A stretch of 64,000 nt of DNA. Source: Pristiophorus japonicus (Eukaryota). This document shows positions 1 through 11,346 of the stretch, piece by piece. The DNA lies in NCBI RefSeq assembly GCF_044704955.1, contig NC_091995.1, forward strand, positions 49,662,001 to 49,726,000, in the 5' to 3' direction. The notes beneath the pieces were generated by a model. The model saw nothing but the letters and a program-made list of their open reading frames with translations. It made no database searches and was not told where the DNA came from. Made by a program: the position numbers and the translations under genes. Every line of letters begins with the position of its first letter. Position 1 is the first letter of the stretch.

Positions 1-193
1 GAGCAGGCTCGAGGGGCTGAATGACCTATTCCTGCTCCTATTACTTATGTTCTATATCAAGTAGGTATATATTCTGGTTCTGGTAACATTGCAATACTGT
101 GCTAGATTCCTATACATATATGCAAATTTCTCTCAATTTGGTGGGCCTATGTTCTTTGGTGGGTCTGGGGCTGCAGCCCCATCCGCCCCCTGG

Positions 194-207
194 TTAATCC
201 ACCCCTG
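194..207 (+). mobile_element. Right terminal inverted repeat of a hAT-like DNA transposon remnant
   Basis: TTAATCCACCCCTG is the reverse complement of CAGGGGTGGATTAA, nearly the same TIR as the hAT element at 11347-14345. Confidence 0.5.
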
Positions 208-224
208 CCCGCACCAGAGGATAT

Positions 225-420
225 TGGTTCTCCCTAAACCTCTCCACCTCTCTCTCCTCCTTTTAAGACGCTCCTGAAAACCTACCCCTTCATCCACGCT
301 TTTGGTCATCTGCCCTAGTAACTCCTTATATGGCTCAGTGTCAGATCTTGTTAATATTCCTGTGAGGTGCCCTGGGACATTTTACGATGTTAAAGGTGCT
401 ATATAAATGCAAGTTGTTGG
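225..420 (+). mobile_element. L2 LINE / L2-type 3' tail fragment
   Basis: CCCTAAACCTCTCCACCTCTC...TTTAAGACGCTCC...AAAGGTGCTATATAAATGCAAGTTGTTG; the same tail recurs at 23335-24055. Confidence 0.6.
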
Positions 421-481
421 ATCTACCCGATTGAATCTTTTTCCACACTGTAAAGTGATTTGAGTATTAATTTTCCCCCAG

Positions 482-757
482 GTGTTTTCTTTGTCCAGGG
501 AATGTGTGGCTGTGAGGTGATGGATGATAATTCCACAGACGGGTTTATAAAGTTGGGATATGGTGGGGAGGATGCGTATGTTTTTGACAAGGACACATCG
601 AGTTGGATGGCGCTGAATCCAGAGTTCCGGGCGTTAGCAGAGCGGTGGAATGCCAACTCCTTCATGAACAAATACTTCAAGGCTCTGTTGGAGAAGGACT
701 GCGTGAAATGGCTGCTGACATACGTCGAGTGTGGGCAAGGAGCACTGCAGAGGAGAG
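482..757 (+). CDS. MHC class I-like heavy chain, alpha2-domain exon (non-classical)
   Basis: Polypyrimidine-CAG acceptor at 479-481, GT donor at 758, phase 1/1, 276 bp (usual class I alpha2 exon size). Peptide VFFVQGMCGCEV..GYGGED..FDKDTSSW..ERWN..LEKDCVKWLLTYVECG keeps the C101/C164 pair, W133, W147, W167 and Y171 equivalents. Confidence 0.9.
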
Positions 758-995
758 GTACATTGTGGGACCGGCGACTGGAGGGAGTGTTCCCGACGGC
801 TCAGGTGGGGAGTGTGGTACAGACTGGGTTTTTATTTCCGGCTCTGTCCCGAGCCAGCTGTTCTTGGACAGGGTAGCAGTAAAGTGGCACTGCAACTGGC
901 CTCAGTACCCTTTGCTTCGGGGCAGCGGGGGAGGGGAGGTGGTGTAGGAATTCGGGCAAGTGACCTAAATCCGATTATTTACCCGGTAAGTAAGT

Positions 996-1380
996 AAAAT
1001 CTACGCTGACACTCCAGTGCAGTGCTGAGGGAGTGGCTGCACTGTCAGAGGTGCCGTCTTTCAGATGAGACGTTAAACCGAGGCCCTGTCTGCGTCAGGT
1101 GGATGTAAAAGATCCCACGGCACTATTTCGAAGAAGAGCAGGGGAGTCACCCGTGGTATCCTGGGGCCAATATTTATCACTCAATCAACATCTTGAAACA
1201 GATTATCCGGGTCATTATCACATTGTTGTTTCTGGGAGCTTGCTGCACGCAAATTGCTGCTGCGTTTCCCACATTACAACAGTGACTCCACTCCAAAAGT
1301 ACTTAATTGGCTGTAAAGAGCTTAGAGACATCTGGTGGTCATTAAAGGCGCTATATAAATGCAAGTCTTTCTTTCTTTCA
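996..1380 (+). mobile_element. SacSINE1/Deu-type SINE, 5'-truncated
   Basis: Deu-like core GCTGACACTCCAGTGCAGTGCTGAGGGAG...GATGAGACGTTAAACCGAGGCCC and L2-type tail GCGCTATATAAATGCAAGTCTTTCTTTC; colinear with the complete copy at 14348. Confidence 0.75.
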
Positions 1381-1529
1381 GTCACCTTGGCTGGAAAGTG
1401 CATGCATGTTGACATCGGGTGAGGATAGGATTAGACTAAGCTATAAGACCCCCTTGGTTGAATAGCTTCCTCACTGTGTCGGCCCACTCGTGAACGCTGG
1501 GTACTTGTGTGTGGTACAAGAGTGTGGCT

Positions 1530-2425
1530 TTACATAGAATTACATCGAATGTACAGCATAGGAAGAGGCTATTCGCTCAACTGGTCGATGCTGGCGATTA
1601 TGCTCCACTCGAGCCTCCTCCTACCCCAGTTCAGCATATCCTTCATTCTTTTCTCCCTCACGTGCTTAGCTAGTGTCCCTCAAAGTATTTGTGTTATTTG
1701 CCGCAACTACTCCCTGTGGTAGCGGGTTCCACATTCTCACCACTCTCTGGGTAAAGAGGTTTCTCCTGAATTCCCGATTGGATTTATTAGTGACTATCTT
1801 ATATTGATGGCCTCTAGTTCTGGTCTTTCCCACAATTGGGAACATTCTCTCTGCATCGACTCTATCAAATCCCTTCATAATGTTAAACACCTCACCCCCC
1901 AGCCTTCTCTTGTTCTCTTTCCTCTTGCTGTATCTCAGCATCAGTCACCTGCCTCCATCGAAGAAAGTTGATGGTGGGGGGGCAGAGGAAAGGAACAAAT
2001 AGTGAACGTCTCTCTAATACAAACACAAAATACCACAGAATCAGAGAAATTTACAGCACGGAAGGAGGCCATTTCGGCCCATCGTGTCCGCGTCGGCCGA
2101 CCAACAGCTATCCAGCCTAATCCCACTTTCCAGCTCTTGGTCCGTAGCCCTGTAGGTTACAGCACTTCAAGTGCACACCCATGTATCTTTTAAATGTGGT
2201 GAGGGTTTCTGCCTCGATCACCCTTTCAGGCAGTGAGTTCCAGATCCCCATCACCCTCTGGGTGAAGAAATTTCCCCTCAAACCTTCCCCAATTACTTTT
2301 TAATTCTATGTCCCTTGGTTGTTGATCTCTCTGCCACTCTATCCAGGCCCCTCATATGTTTATACACCTCAATCAGGTCTCCTCTCAGCCTCCTCTTCTC
2401 CAAAGAAAACAGACCCAGCATCTTC
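1530..2425 (-). mobile_element. Two CR1 LINE 3' fragments
   Basis: CR1 ORF2 C-terminal peptide KGFDRVDAERMFP..TRGH..FTQRVVRMWN and CR1 3' UTR stems. Confidence 0.8.
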
Positions 2426-2572
2426 AATCTTTCCATGGCTGCTGAACTAAAAAGAGAAAAGGCTGGAAATACTCAGCAGCATCTGTGGAGAGGGAAACAG
2501 AGGTAACGTTGCAGGTCGCTGACCTTTGACCCGAACCCGTCACTGATTTTAGTCTTTGTTTAACTCTCTCAG

Positions 2573-2842
2573 CCACCCCGGAGGTGTTCATTGGGGAGAG
2601 GAGCAACAGGGAGCGAGTGCTGAGGCTCTCCTGCCTTGTGACGGGCTTTTACCCACAGCCTATCGACGTGACGTGGCTGAGGAATGGTCAGGAGGTGCCT
2701 GACGTTGAATCCAGCGACCTGCTGCCCAACCAGGAGACGTATCGGATGATGAAAACTATTGAGCTAAGTGGAGATGACTGGTAGAGATACTCCTGTCGCA
2801 TCGAGCACGCCAACCTCCTTCAGGAGCTCGACGTCCCCTGGG
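2573..2842 (+). pseudogene. MHC class I-like alpha3 (Ig C1-set) exon with in-frame stop
   Basis: CTCTCTCAG acceptor, G|GTAAGT donor, phase 1/1. Peptide TPEVFI..LSCLVTGFYPQPIDVTWLRNG..LLPNQETY..DW*RYSCRIEHANL..VPW has the C1-set motifs; TAG at 2782-2784 precedes the second Ig cysteine. Confidence 0.88.
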
Positions 2843-2939
2843 GTAAGTGGCAGCTGGAGGGGGCTGTGTAACTAGGGCAAGAGACATGGCTTTGAACTAA
2901 TGAAGGAGCGGGCTGGTGGGGGGATTCAGGAAAGAGTAA

Positions 2940-3600
2940 AAGGCCATAGAAAAAAGCAAACCAGGCACGAGGGTTTATTTTTAGAGGGATAGAATTGTAA
3001 AGTAGGGGGGGTAGTGCTAAACTTGTATCGAATCTTGGTGAGACCACTCTGGGAGTACTTCACACAGTTCTGGTCACCATATTATAAAAAGGATATAGAG
3101 ACACTGGGGAGGGTGCAGAGAAGATTTACAAGGATGATACCAGAAATGCGAGGGTATACATATCAGGAAAGGATGAACAGGCTGGGTCCCTTTTCTCTTG
3201 AAAATAGAAGGCTGAGGGATGACCTAATAGAGGTCTTTAAAATTATGAAAGGTTTTGATAGAGTAGGCACAAAGATAATGTTTCCACTTGTGGGGCAGAG
3301 CATAACTAGATACGATCAATATAAGATAGTCAGCAAGAAATCCAATAGAGAATTCAGAAGAAAATTATTTACCCAAAGCAAGGTGAGAATGTGGAACTTG
3401 CTGCCACAGGGAGTGGTTGAAGCGAATAGTACAGTTATATTTAAGGGGAGATTAGACAAGCATTTGAGGGAGAAGAGAATAGAGGGGTATGCTGATAGAT
3501 TTAGGTGAGGAAAGACGGGAGGAGGCTCGAGTGGAGCATAAATGCCGGCATGGAGTGGTTGGGCCGAATGGCCTGTTTCCGTACCGTATATCCCATGTAA
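2940..3600 (+). mobile_element. CR1 LINE 3' fragment
   Basis: LYRILVRP..QFWSP..VQRRFTRMIP peptide plus CR1 3' UTR. Confidence 0.85.
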
Positions 3601-3689
3601 TCCAATGTAAATTTAAAAGCAGCAAGGGAAATATCAAAGTTCTGGAGCGGAGCAGAGTTTTGGGTAAAAATAAGCAGTGAGTGAGTGAG

Positions 3690-4398
3690 GAAGGGACAGA
3701 GAGAGTAACAAAGGTAATAGGGCATCAGTGACTAAGGTGACTTCAGGGAAAAATAGAAAAAAGTAAAAGCTAAAGGTACTGTATCTGAATGCCTGAAGCA
3801 TTCGCAATAAAATAGATGAATTATTTGCGGAGATAGAAATTAATAGGTTTCATCTAATAGCCATTATGGAGACGTGGTTGCAAAGTGACCAAGGTTGGGA
3901 ACTAAATATTCCAGGATACTTAACTTTTCGAAGAGATAGGCAAAATGGAAAAGGAGGAGGGGTAGCACTGATAATAAAGGATAGTATAAAGACAACCGAG
4001 AGAAAGGATCTTCCCTGGGAAAATCAAGAAGTAGAATCAGTTTGGGTGGAGCTAATAAACATCAGGGGGCAGAAAACATTGGTGGGAGTTGTTCATAGGC
4101 CCCCAAACAGTAATGGTAATGTAGGGCACAGTATTAATCAGGAAATTAGAGGTGCATATAACAAGGGTAATACAGTAAGCATGGGGTACTTTAATCTACA
4201 TGTAGACCGGACAAACCAAATTTGCAGTAATAGTGTGGAGGACGAGCTCATGGAATCTAAACAAAATAGTTTTCTAGATCAGTATGTTAAGGAGCCAAGT
4301 CGGGAACAGATCTAGTATTGTGCAATGAGAAAGGGTTCATTAATAACATTGAAGTAAAGGGGAACTTAGGGAAGAGTGACCTTAATATGAAAAAGGAT
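3690..4398 (+). mobile_element. CR1 ORF2 apurinic-endonuclease fragment
   Basis: ETWLQSDQGWELNIPGY..RRDRQNGKGGGVAL..RPPNS motifs. Confidence 0.85.
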
Positions 4399-4399
4399 A

Positions 4400-5290
4400 G
4401 AAACATAAGAACATAAGAAATAGGAGCAGGAGTAGGCCATCTGACACCTCGAGCCCGCTCCGCCATTTAATAAAATCATGGCTGGTCCGGTCATGGACTC
4501 AGCCCCACTTTCCTGCCCGTTCCCCATAACCCTTTACTCCTATCGCCCAAAAATCTGTCTATCTCCGCCTTAAATATATTTGATGATGCAGCCTCCACAG
4601 CTCTCTGGGGCAGAGAATTCCATAGATTTACAACCCTCTGAGAGAATAAATTCCTCCTCATCTCTGTTTTAAATGGGCGGCCACTTATTCTGAGACTATG
4701 TCCCCTAGTTTTAGTTTCCCCTGTGAGTGGAATTATCGTCTCTGCATCCACCTTGTCACGCCCCCTCATTATCTTATATGTTTCAATAAGATCACCTCTC
4801 ATTCTTCTGAACTCCAATGTGTATCGACCCAATCTACTCAACCGATCCTCATAAGTCAACCCCCTCATCTCTGGAATCAACCTAGTGAACCTTCTCTGAA
4901 CAGCCTCCAATGCAAGTATATCCTTCCTTAAATACGGAGACCAGAACTGCATGCCATGCTCCAAGTGTGGCCTCACCAATACCCTGTACAGTTGTAGTAG
5001 GACTTCTCTGCTTTTATACTCGATCCCCCTTGCAATAAAGGCCAACATTCCATTTGCCTTTCTGATTACTTGCTGTACCTGCATACTAACTTTTGCTCAC
5101 CTCTGTACTGCAGCACTTTGCAATTTTTCTCCATTTAAATTATAATTTGCTTTTCTATTTTTTCTGCCAAAGTGCATAACCTTACATTTTCCCACATTAC
5201 ACTCCATCTGCCAATTTTTTTCCCACTCACTTAGCCTGTCTATATCCCTTTGCAGATTATTTGTCTCCCCCTCACAATTTCCATTCCCAC
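4400..5290 (-). mobile_element. CR1 LINE 3' fragment
   Basis: ORF 4491-5084 is the CR1 ORF2 C-terminus; AGAACATAAGAACATAAG tail at 4400. Confidence 0.88.
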
Positions 5291-5389
5291 CCACCTTTGT
5301 ATCTCGGCCCCTTTGTCCAACTCATTATTGATCTTCCAGAATTCCCGAGAACAGTCCCCAAGGATTGGAACATAGCAAACGTAACCTCC

Positions 5390-5940
5390 GCACCCCCGCC
5401 AGACTCTCTCTCCCCCTCCCCCCCAGTCTCTCTCTCTCTCTCCCCCTCTCCCAGGCTCTCTCTCTCCCCTTCCCCCAGACTCTCTCTCCCCTTCCCCTGA
5501 GGCTCTCTCTCCCCTCCCCCCAGGCTCTCTTTCTCCCTCCCTCCCGCTTCCCCCAAGACTCTGTATTCTCCCATCCCAGGCTCTCTCTCACCCGCCCCCC
5601 TCCCCTCCCAGACGCGATCTCTCTATCTCCCTCCCTCCCTCCCACCCCAGACTCTTGCTCTTCCCTCCCCCCCCACCAATTTCTAGGCTCTCTCTCTTCC
5701 ACCGCCCCCACTCTTGGCCGCCTGCTCGGGTCGGGGCTGCTCAGGGGTCGGGGCCGCTCAGCGGTCGGGGCCGCTCGGGTCGGGGCTGCTCAGGGGTCGG
5801 GGTTGCTCGGGTCGGGCTGCTCAGGGGTCGGGGTTGCTCAGGGGTCGGGCTGCTCAGGGGTCGGGGCCGCTCAGCGCTGGCAGCTGCTCGAAGGCTCGGC
5901 AGTGTGGGAGGAGCAAGACGCTCAGCGGGGGACTCGGGGG
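5390..5940. repeat. CT-rich low-complexity tract followed by a GC-rich ~17-bp tandem (GGGGCTGCTCAGGGGTC-like)
   Basis: Direct inspection; explains the Pro/Ser/Leu- and Gly/Arg-rich spurious ORFs. Confidence 0.8.
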
Positions 5941-6092
5941 CCCAGGTCTGTCGGCAGGCTCGCGGAGGATCAGTAACACCGTGGTCAGAATGATTCAGGT
6001 TCGGGGCCGCACTTCCGGTCCGGGCGGGAGACATCGGGGGCGGAGTCTCGACAGACACATGCTCAGAAGGACAGAAAAAACACAGTCCCTTT

Positions 6093-6380
6093 AATGAAAG
6101 GGAAATTGTGTTTGACAAATCTGTTCGAATTTTTTGAAGATGTAACTAGTAGGATGGATAAGGGGGAACCAGTGGATGTGGTATATTTGGATTTTCAAAA
6201 AGCATTCGAAAAGGTGCCACACAAGAGGTTATTGCACAAAATTAGGACTCATGGGATTGGGGGTAATATGATAGCATGGATTGAGGATTGGTTAATGGAC
6301 AGAAAACAGAGAGTAGGAATAAATGGGACTTTTTCTGGTTGGCAGGCTGTAACTAGCGTGGTATCGCAAGGATCGGTGCT
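6093..6380 (+). mobile_element. CR1 RT fragment
   Basis: MKGKLCLTNL..YLDFQKAF..QGSVL. Confidence 0.85.
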
Positions 6381-6414
6381 TGCGATATCCCTTGGAACAG
6401 AGGAGGCTGAGGGG

Positions 6415-8600
6415 ACCCTCCGACAGTGCAGCAGTCCCTCAGTACTGATCTTCCGACAGTGCAGCGCTCCCTCAGCTGGTCTTCCGACAGTATAGCACTC
6501 CCTCAGTACTGTCCCTCCGACAGTGCAGCATTCCCTCAGTACTGCCCCTCCGACAATGCAGCGCTCCCTCAGTATTGATCTTCCGACAGTGTAGTATTCC
6601 TCAGTACTGCCCTCCGACAATGCAGCACTCCTCCAGTACTGATCCTCCGACAGTGCAGCACTCCCTCAGTACTGCCCCTCCGACAGTGCAGCACTCCCTC
6701 AGTACTGCCCTTCCAACAATGCAGCGCTCCCTCAGTACTATTAAAAGAGATGGCGGAAACTATAGCAGATGCATTCGTTATAATCTACCAAAATTCTCTG
6801 GACTCTAGGGAGGTACCAGCGGATTGGAAAGCAGCTAATGCAACGCCTCTGTTTTTAAAAAAAAAAAGGGGGAAGACAAAAGGCAGGTAACTATAGGCCG
6901 GTTAGTTTAACATCTGTAGTGGGGAAAATGCTTGAAGCTATCATTAAGGAAGAAATAGCAGTACATCTAGATATGAATAGTGCAATCAAGCAGACGCAAC
7001 ATGGATTCATGAAGTGAGAATCATGTTTAACTAATTTACTGGAATTTTTTGAGGATATAATGAGCATGGTGGATAGAGGTGTACTGATGGATGTGGTGTA
7101 TTTAGATATCCAAAAAGCATTCGATAAGGTGCCACACAAAAGGTTACTGCAGAAGATAAAGGTACGTGGAGTCAGAGGAAATGTATTAGCATGGATCGAG
7201 AATTGGCTCGCTAACAGAAAGCAGAGAGTCACGATAAATGGGTCCTTTTTGGGTTGGAAATCGGTGGTTAGTGGTGTGCCACAGGGATCGGTGCTGGGAC
7301 CACAACTGTTTACAATATACGTAGATGACCTGGAAGAGGGGACAGAGTGTAGTGTAACAAAATTTGCAGATGACACAAAGATTAGTAGGAAAGCGGGTTG
7401 TGTAGAGGACACAGAGAGGATGCAAAGGGATTTAGACAGGTTAAGCGAATGGGCTAAGGTTTGGCAGATGGAATACAATGTTGGAAAATGTGAGGTCATC
7501 CACCTTGGGGAAAAAAAAACAGTAAAAGGCAATATTATTTGAATGGGGAGAAATTACAACATGCTGCGGTGCAGAGGGACCTGGGGGTCCTTGCGCATGA
7601 ATCCCAAAAAGTTAGTTTGCAGGTGCAGCAGGTAATCAGGAAGGCGAATGGAATGTTGGCCTTCATTGCGAGAGGGATGGAGTACAAAAGCAAGGAGGTC
7701 CTGCTGCAACTGTACAGGGTATTGGTGAGGCCGCACCTGGAGTACTGCGTGCAGTTTTTGTCACCTTACTTAAGGAAGGATATATTAGCCTTGGAGGGAG
7801 TACAAAGATGATTCTCTAGGCTGATTCCGGAGATGAGGGAGTTACCTTATGATGATAGATTGGGTCTTTACTCGTTGGAGTTCAGAAGGATGAGGGGTGA
7901 TCTTATAGAAACATTCAAAATAATGAAAGGGATAGACAAGATAGAGGCAGAGAGGTTGTTTCCACTGGTCGAGGAGACTCGAACTAGGGGGCACAGCCTC
8001 AAAATACGGGGGAGCCAATTTAAAACCGAGTTGAGAAGGAATTTCTTCTCCCAGAGGGTTGTGAATCTGTGGAATTCTCTGCCCAAGGAAGCAGTTGAGG
8101 CTAGCTCATTGAATGTATTCAAATCACAGATAGATAGATTTTTAACCAATAAGGGAATTAAGGGTTATGGTGAGTGGGTGGGTAAGTGGAGCTGAGTCCA
8201 CGGCCAGATCAGCCATGATCTTTTTGAATGGCGGAGCAGGCTCGAGGGGCTAGATGGCCTACTCCTGTTCCTAATTCTTATGTTCTTATGTACTGTCCCT
8301 CTGACAGTGCAGCACTCCCTCAGTATTGTCCCTCTGACAGTGCAGCACTCCCTCAGTACTGCCCCTGCAACAGTGCAGCTCTCCCTCAGTACTGCCCCTG
8401 CAAAGTGCAACACTCCCTCAGTAGGGATCCTCTGACAGTGCAGCACTCCCTCAGTACTGCTCCTCTGACAGTGCAGCATTCCCTCAGTACCGCCCCTCCC
8501 ACAATGCAGCACTCCCTCGGTACTGCACTGGAGGGTCAGCCTAACTTTTTGTCCTTAAATCTCTGGAGTGGACTTGAACCCACGAGCTTCTGACCTCTGC
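6415..8600 (-). repeat. 33-bp minisatellite expanded inside a reverse-strand Deu-type SINE and split by a CR1
   Basis: Unit ~CCCTCCGACAGTGCAGCACTCCCTCAGTACTGC at 6415-6740 and 8290-8530 is the reverse complement of the SINE core; the SINE head remnant (GGACTTGAACCCACG) follows at 8530-8600. Confidence 0.8.
6741..8290 (+). mobile_element. CR1 LINE, 5'-truncated (RT plus 3' end)
   Basis: YLDIQKAFDKVPH, PQGSVLGP, FADDT motifs; TTCTTATGTTCTTATG tail. Confidence 0.92.
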
Positions 8601-9109
8601 CTTGTGGACTAATTGATAAGAGATTTATTTCTATGGTTTGTCAACAACTCTGTCACATGTGACTACTAGAATTGTAGAAGGCGAACTCGATGGTCTCTAT
8701 GTCCAGCGATTCCTATATTCCTACCTTCCTTCGTTGTGTGGCCTGGATTAGATGGGACACTTGTACAGGCTTCTGGCTTCTAACCATTATGCAGAAATCA
8801 GACACTTGCTGAAAGTGCTGGTGGTGATGACCTGCCCTTCTATCAATGACCTGCCAACACTCGCAGATTAGGCCACTTGGATAAGACACTGGAGGGTGGG
8901 CAGCACCTTGGAATCACCTCACAACAGGGAGCCAGTGCCTTTAGACCATATTTGGCCAATCAGGTGACTGACACATGTGGACACCCAACCACATCTCCAA
9001 ACTGAGAATGCCAGACAGACCGATTTTCTGTTTGCCTACTGTGGAGTCTGCGCTCTCTCCCTGTAAGGACAGCTGTCACTTACCCACGTCCAGAGAGATT
9101 TGGTGCTGG

Positions 9110-9640
9110 TTACATAGAATTACGGAGAATGTACAGCACAGAAACGGACCATTCGGCACAACTGGTCCGTGCCGGTGTTTATGCTCCACACGAGCCTCCT
9201 CTACTCTACTGCACCTCACCCTATCAACATAGCCTTCTATTCCTTTCTCCCTCATGTACTTATCCAGCTTCCCCTTAAATGCATCTGTACTATTCGCCTC
9301 AACCACTCCATGTGGTAGTGAGTTCCACATTCTAACCACTCTCTGGATAAAGAAGTTTCTCCTGAATTCCTTAATGGATTTATTAGTGACTATATTTATT
9401 CATGGCCTCTAGTTTTGGACTCTCCCAGAAGTGGAAACATCTTCTCTATGTCTACTCTAACAAAACCCTTTAACATTTTGAAAACCTCTATCAGATTACC
9501 CCTCTGCCTTCTCTTTTCCAGAGTTAAAAGCCTCAGCCTGTTCAATCTCACCTGATTGGTATAATCTATCAGTTCTGGTATCATTCTAGTAAACTTTTTT
9601 TTGCTCCTATAATTTTTATAATATGAAGACCAGAAATGTG
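9110..9640 (-). mobile_element. CR1 LINE 3' fragment
   Basis: ORFs 9076-9339 and 9396-9584 give CR1 C-terminal peptides. Confidence 0.8.
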
Positions 9641-10048
9641 GTTGACAGAGCTAAGGCTTAGGGAGCCCCAGTTCTATGCAGGAGCACTGGTGGAGTTTAA
9701 CCAGCTAAAGCCACACAGTCTCGCAGAACTGAGCACTGGTAAACTTCCTGTTGCTTGGCCAACCAGGGCAGTCTCACCAGTTAGGGTCTTGGTCTAATTG
9801 GGAAAAATGGCCACCCCCTGTGACAGATCTACTCTTAGATCAGTCACCAGGCTGGCTGGTCGATGGCCATCAGGGCCTGGAGTGCGATGGACTCCCTGGT
9901 TGAGTTATCAGGTTAAGCTACCTCGACCCAAAGAGGCCCCACTGAGCTCACTCCGAGCCACAATCACTTGCTGATGGTTAGACAACTGATCAAAGTGGCC
10001 AGGAACTCTTGGGAGGTGAGGATTGGAGCAATTTGGTGAGATGAACAA

Positions 10049-10333
10049 ATGGATGTAAAAGACCCACAGCACTCTTTGAAGAAGAGCAGGGGAGCTCTCC
10101 CTGGTGTTCTGGGGCCAATATTTATCCCCCAACCAACATCACTAGAACAGATTATCTGGTCATTATTACATTGCTGTTTGTGGGAGCTTGCTGTGTGCAC
10201 AATTAGCTGTTGCATTTCCTACATTACAAGAGTGACTGCACTTCAAAAGTACTTCATTGACTGTAAAATGCTTTGGAACATCCTGAGGTTTTGAAAGTTG
10301 CGATATAAATGCAAATCTTTTTTTTTCTTTCTT
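10049..10333 (+). mobile_element. SacSINE1/Deu-type SINE, 3' half
   Basis: Colinear with 14540-14810; tail GCGATATAAATGCAAATCTTTTT. Confidence 0.7.
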
Positions 10334-10944
10334 TCAAAAGCATATTTCCACCACCCTTGTAAGTATTTCACTGTGTTACACTGAGGATAAACCCCTTCAA
10401 TTGCCCATATAACACAATTAGTAAATGGACTGCCCAATGTGGAATTAAGACATGCAGACCAGAGAGTCCCAGGTTTAACCCGGGGCCTGTGCTAAGTGGG
10501 AGTATTTGAACTGGAGAGCCAGTCCGGTTCTTAAATAGAGAATGTACAACAGGGCATGTTAGAATGGTGGCACAGAGAGGGTTACTCCACAGGAGGCCAT
10601 TTGGTCCATTGTGTCCATGCTTCTTGCTAGAGTAATGCCAAACTAATCCCAATGCCTCGCTCTCTCCCCATTGCCCTGTGTCAATCCAAAACTAGTCCCA
10701 TTGCCCACTCTCGCCATAGCCCTGTATCAATCCTAAACTAATCACACTGCCCTGCTCTCTCCCCATTGCCCTGTATCAATTCCAAATTAAACTGAGTTTC
10801 TGAAAGACTCTACATAAATCTAAGACTTTCTTTACAATCGAGCAGGTACAGATCAAGTTTGCAGCTTAATGAAGTACATAATGAAATCATTAGGAAATTG
10901 TTATTGATCAATATTATTTTGAAGTACACTGTACATGTCTGCAG

Positions 10945-11058
10945 TGAGAGCATCACAAGGAGGCTTGAAGGTCAGGATTATGATTGCAGCAGCAGCCATC
11001 TCACTCAGTCTTCTTGCTATCATCGCTGGAATTGGCCTCTGGAGCAAGAGGCACAATG
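10945..11058 (+). CDS. Transmembrane exon of the MHC class I-like gene
   Basis: TCTGCAG acceptor in phase 1, compatible with the alpha3 donor. Encodes RASQGGLKVR-IMIAAAAISLSLLAIIAGIGLW-SKRHN (hydrophobic span plus basic stop-transfer). The donor position reads G|GCAAGA. Confidence 0.7.
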
Positions 11059-11060
11059 GC

Positions 11061-11340
11061 AAGACCGTCAGAGACCGTCAGAGACCGTCAGAGACCGTCA
11101 GAGACCGTCAGAGACCGTCAGAGATTAACAGAGACCATCAAAGACCAGCAGAGACAAGCAGATACCGGTTGAAACCCCAGCAGAGGCAAACAGAGACCAG
11201 CAGAGACTGGCAGAAACCAGCAGAGACCGAAAAAGACCAGCAGAGGCAAGCAAATACCAACAGAGACTGGCAGAAACCAGCAAAGACCGGCAGAGACCGG
11301 CAGAGACCAACAGAGACCCGCAGCGACCAAAAAATACCAG
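11061..11340 (+). repeat. 10-bp tandem repeat (CAGAGACCGT, degenerating to CAGAGACCAG/CTGG)
   Basis: About six near-perfect GAGACCGTCA units followed by degenerate units. Confidence 0.9.
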
Positions 11341-11346
11341 CATGTT

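Noticed and set aside
460-876. 138-aa single-exon ORF as a complete gene
   Set aside because: Only 482-757 is MHC-like and bounded by splice sites; the flanks are intron read-through.
5261-6118. Long Pro/Ser/Gly/Arg-rich ORFs on both strands
   Set aside because: Produced by low-complexity CT and GC repeats.
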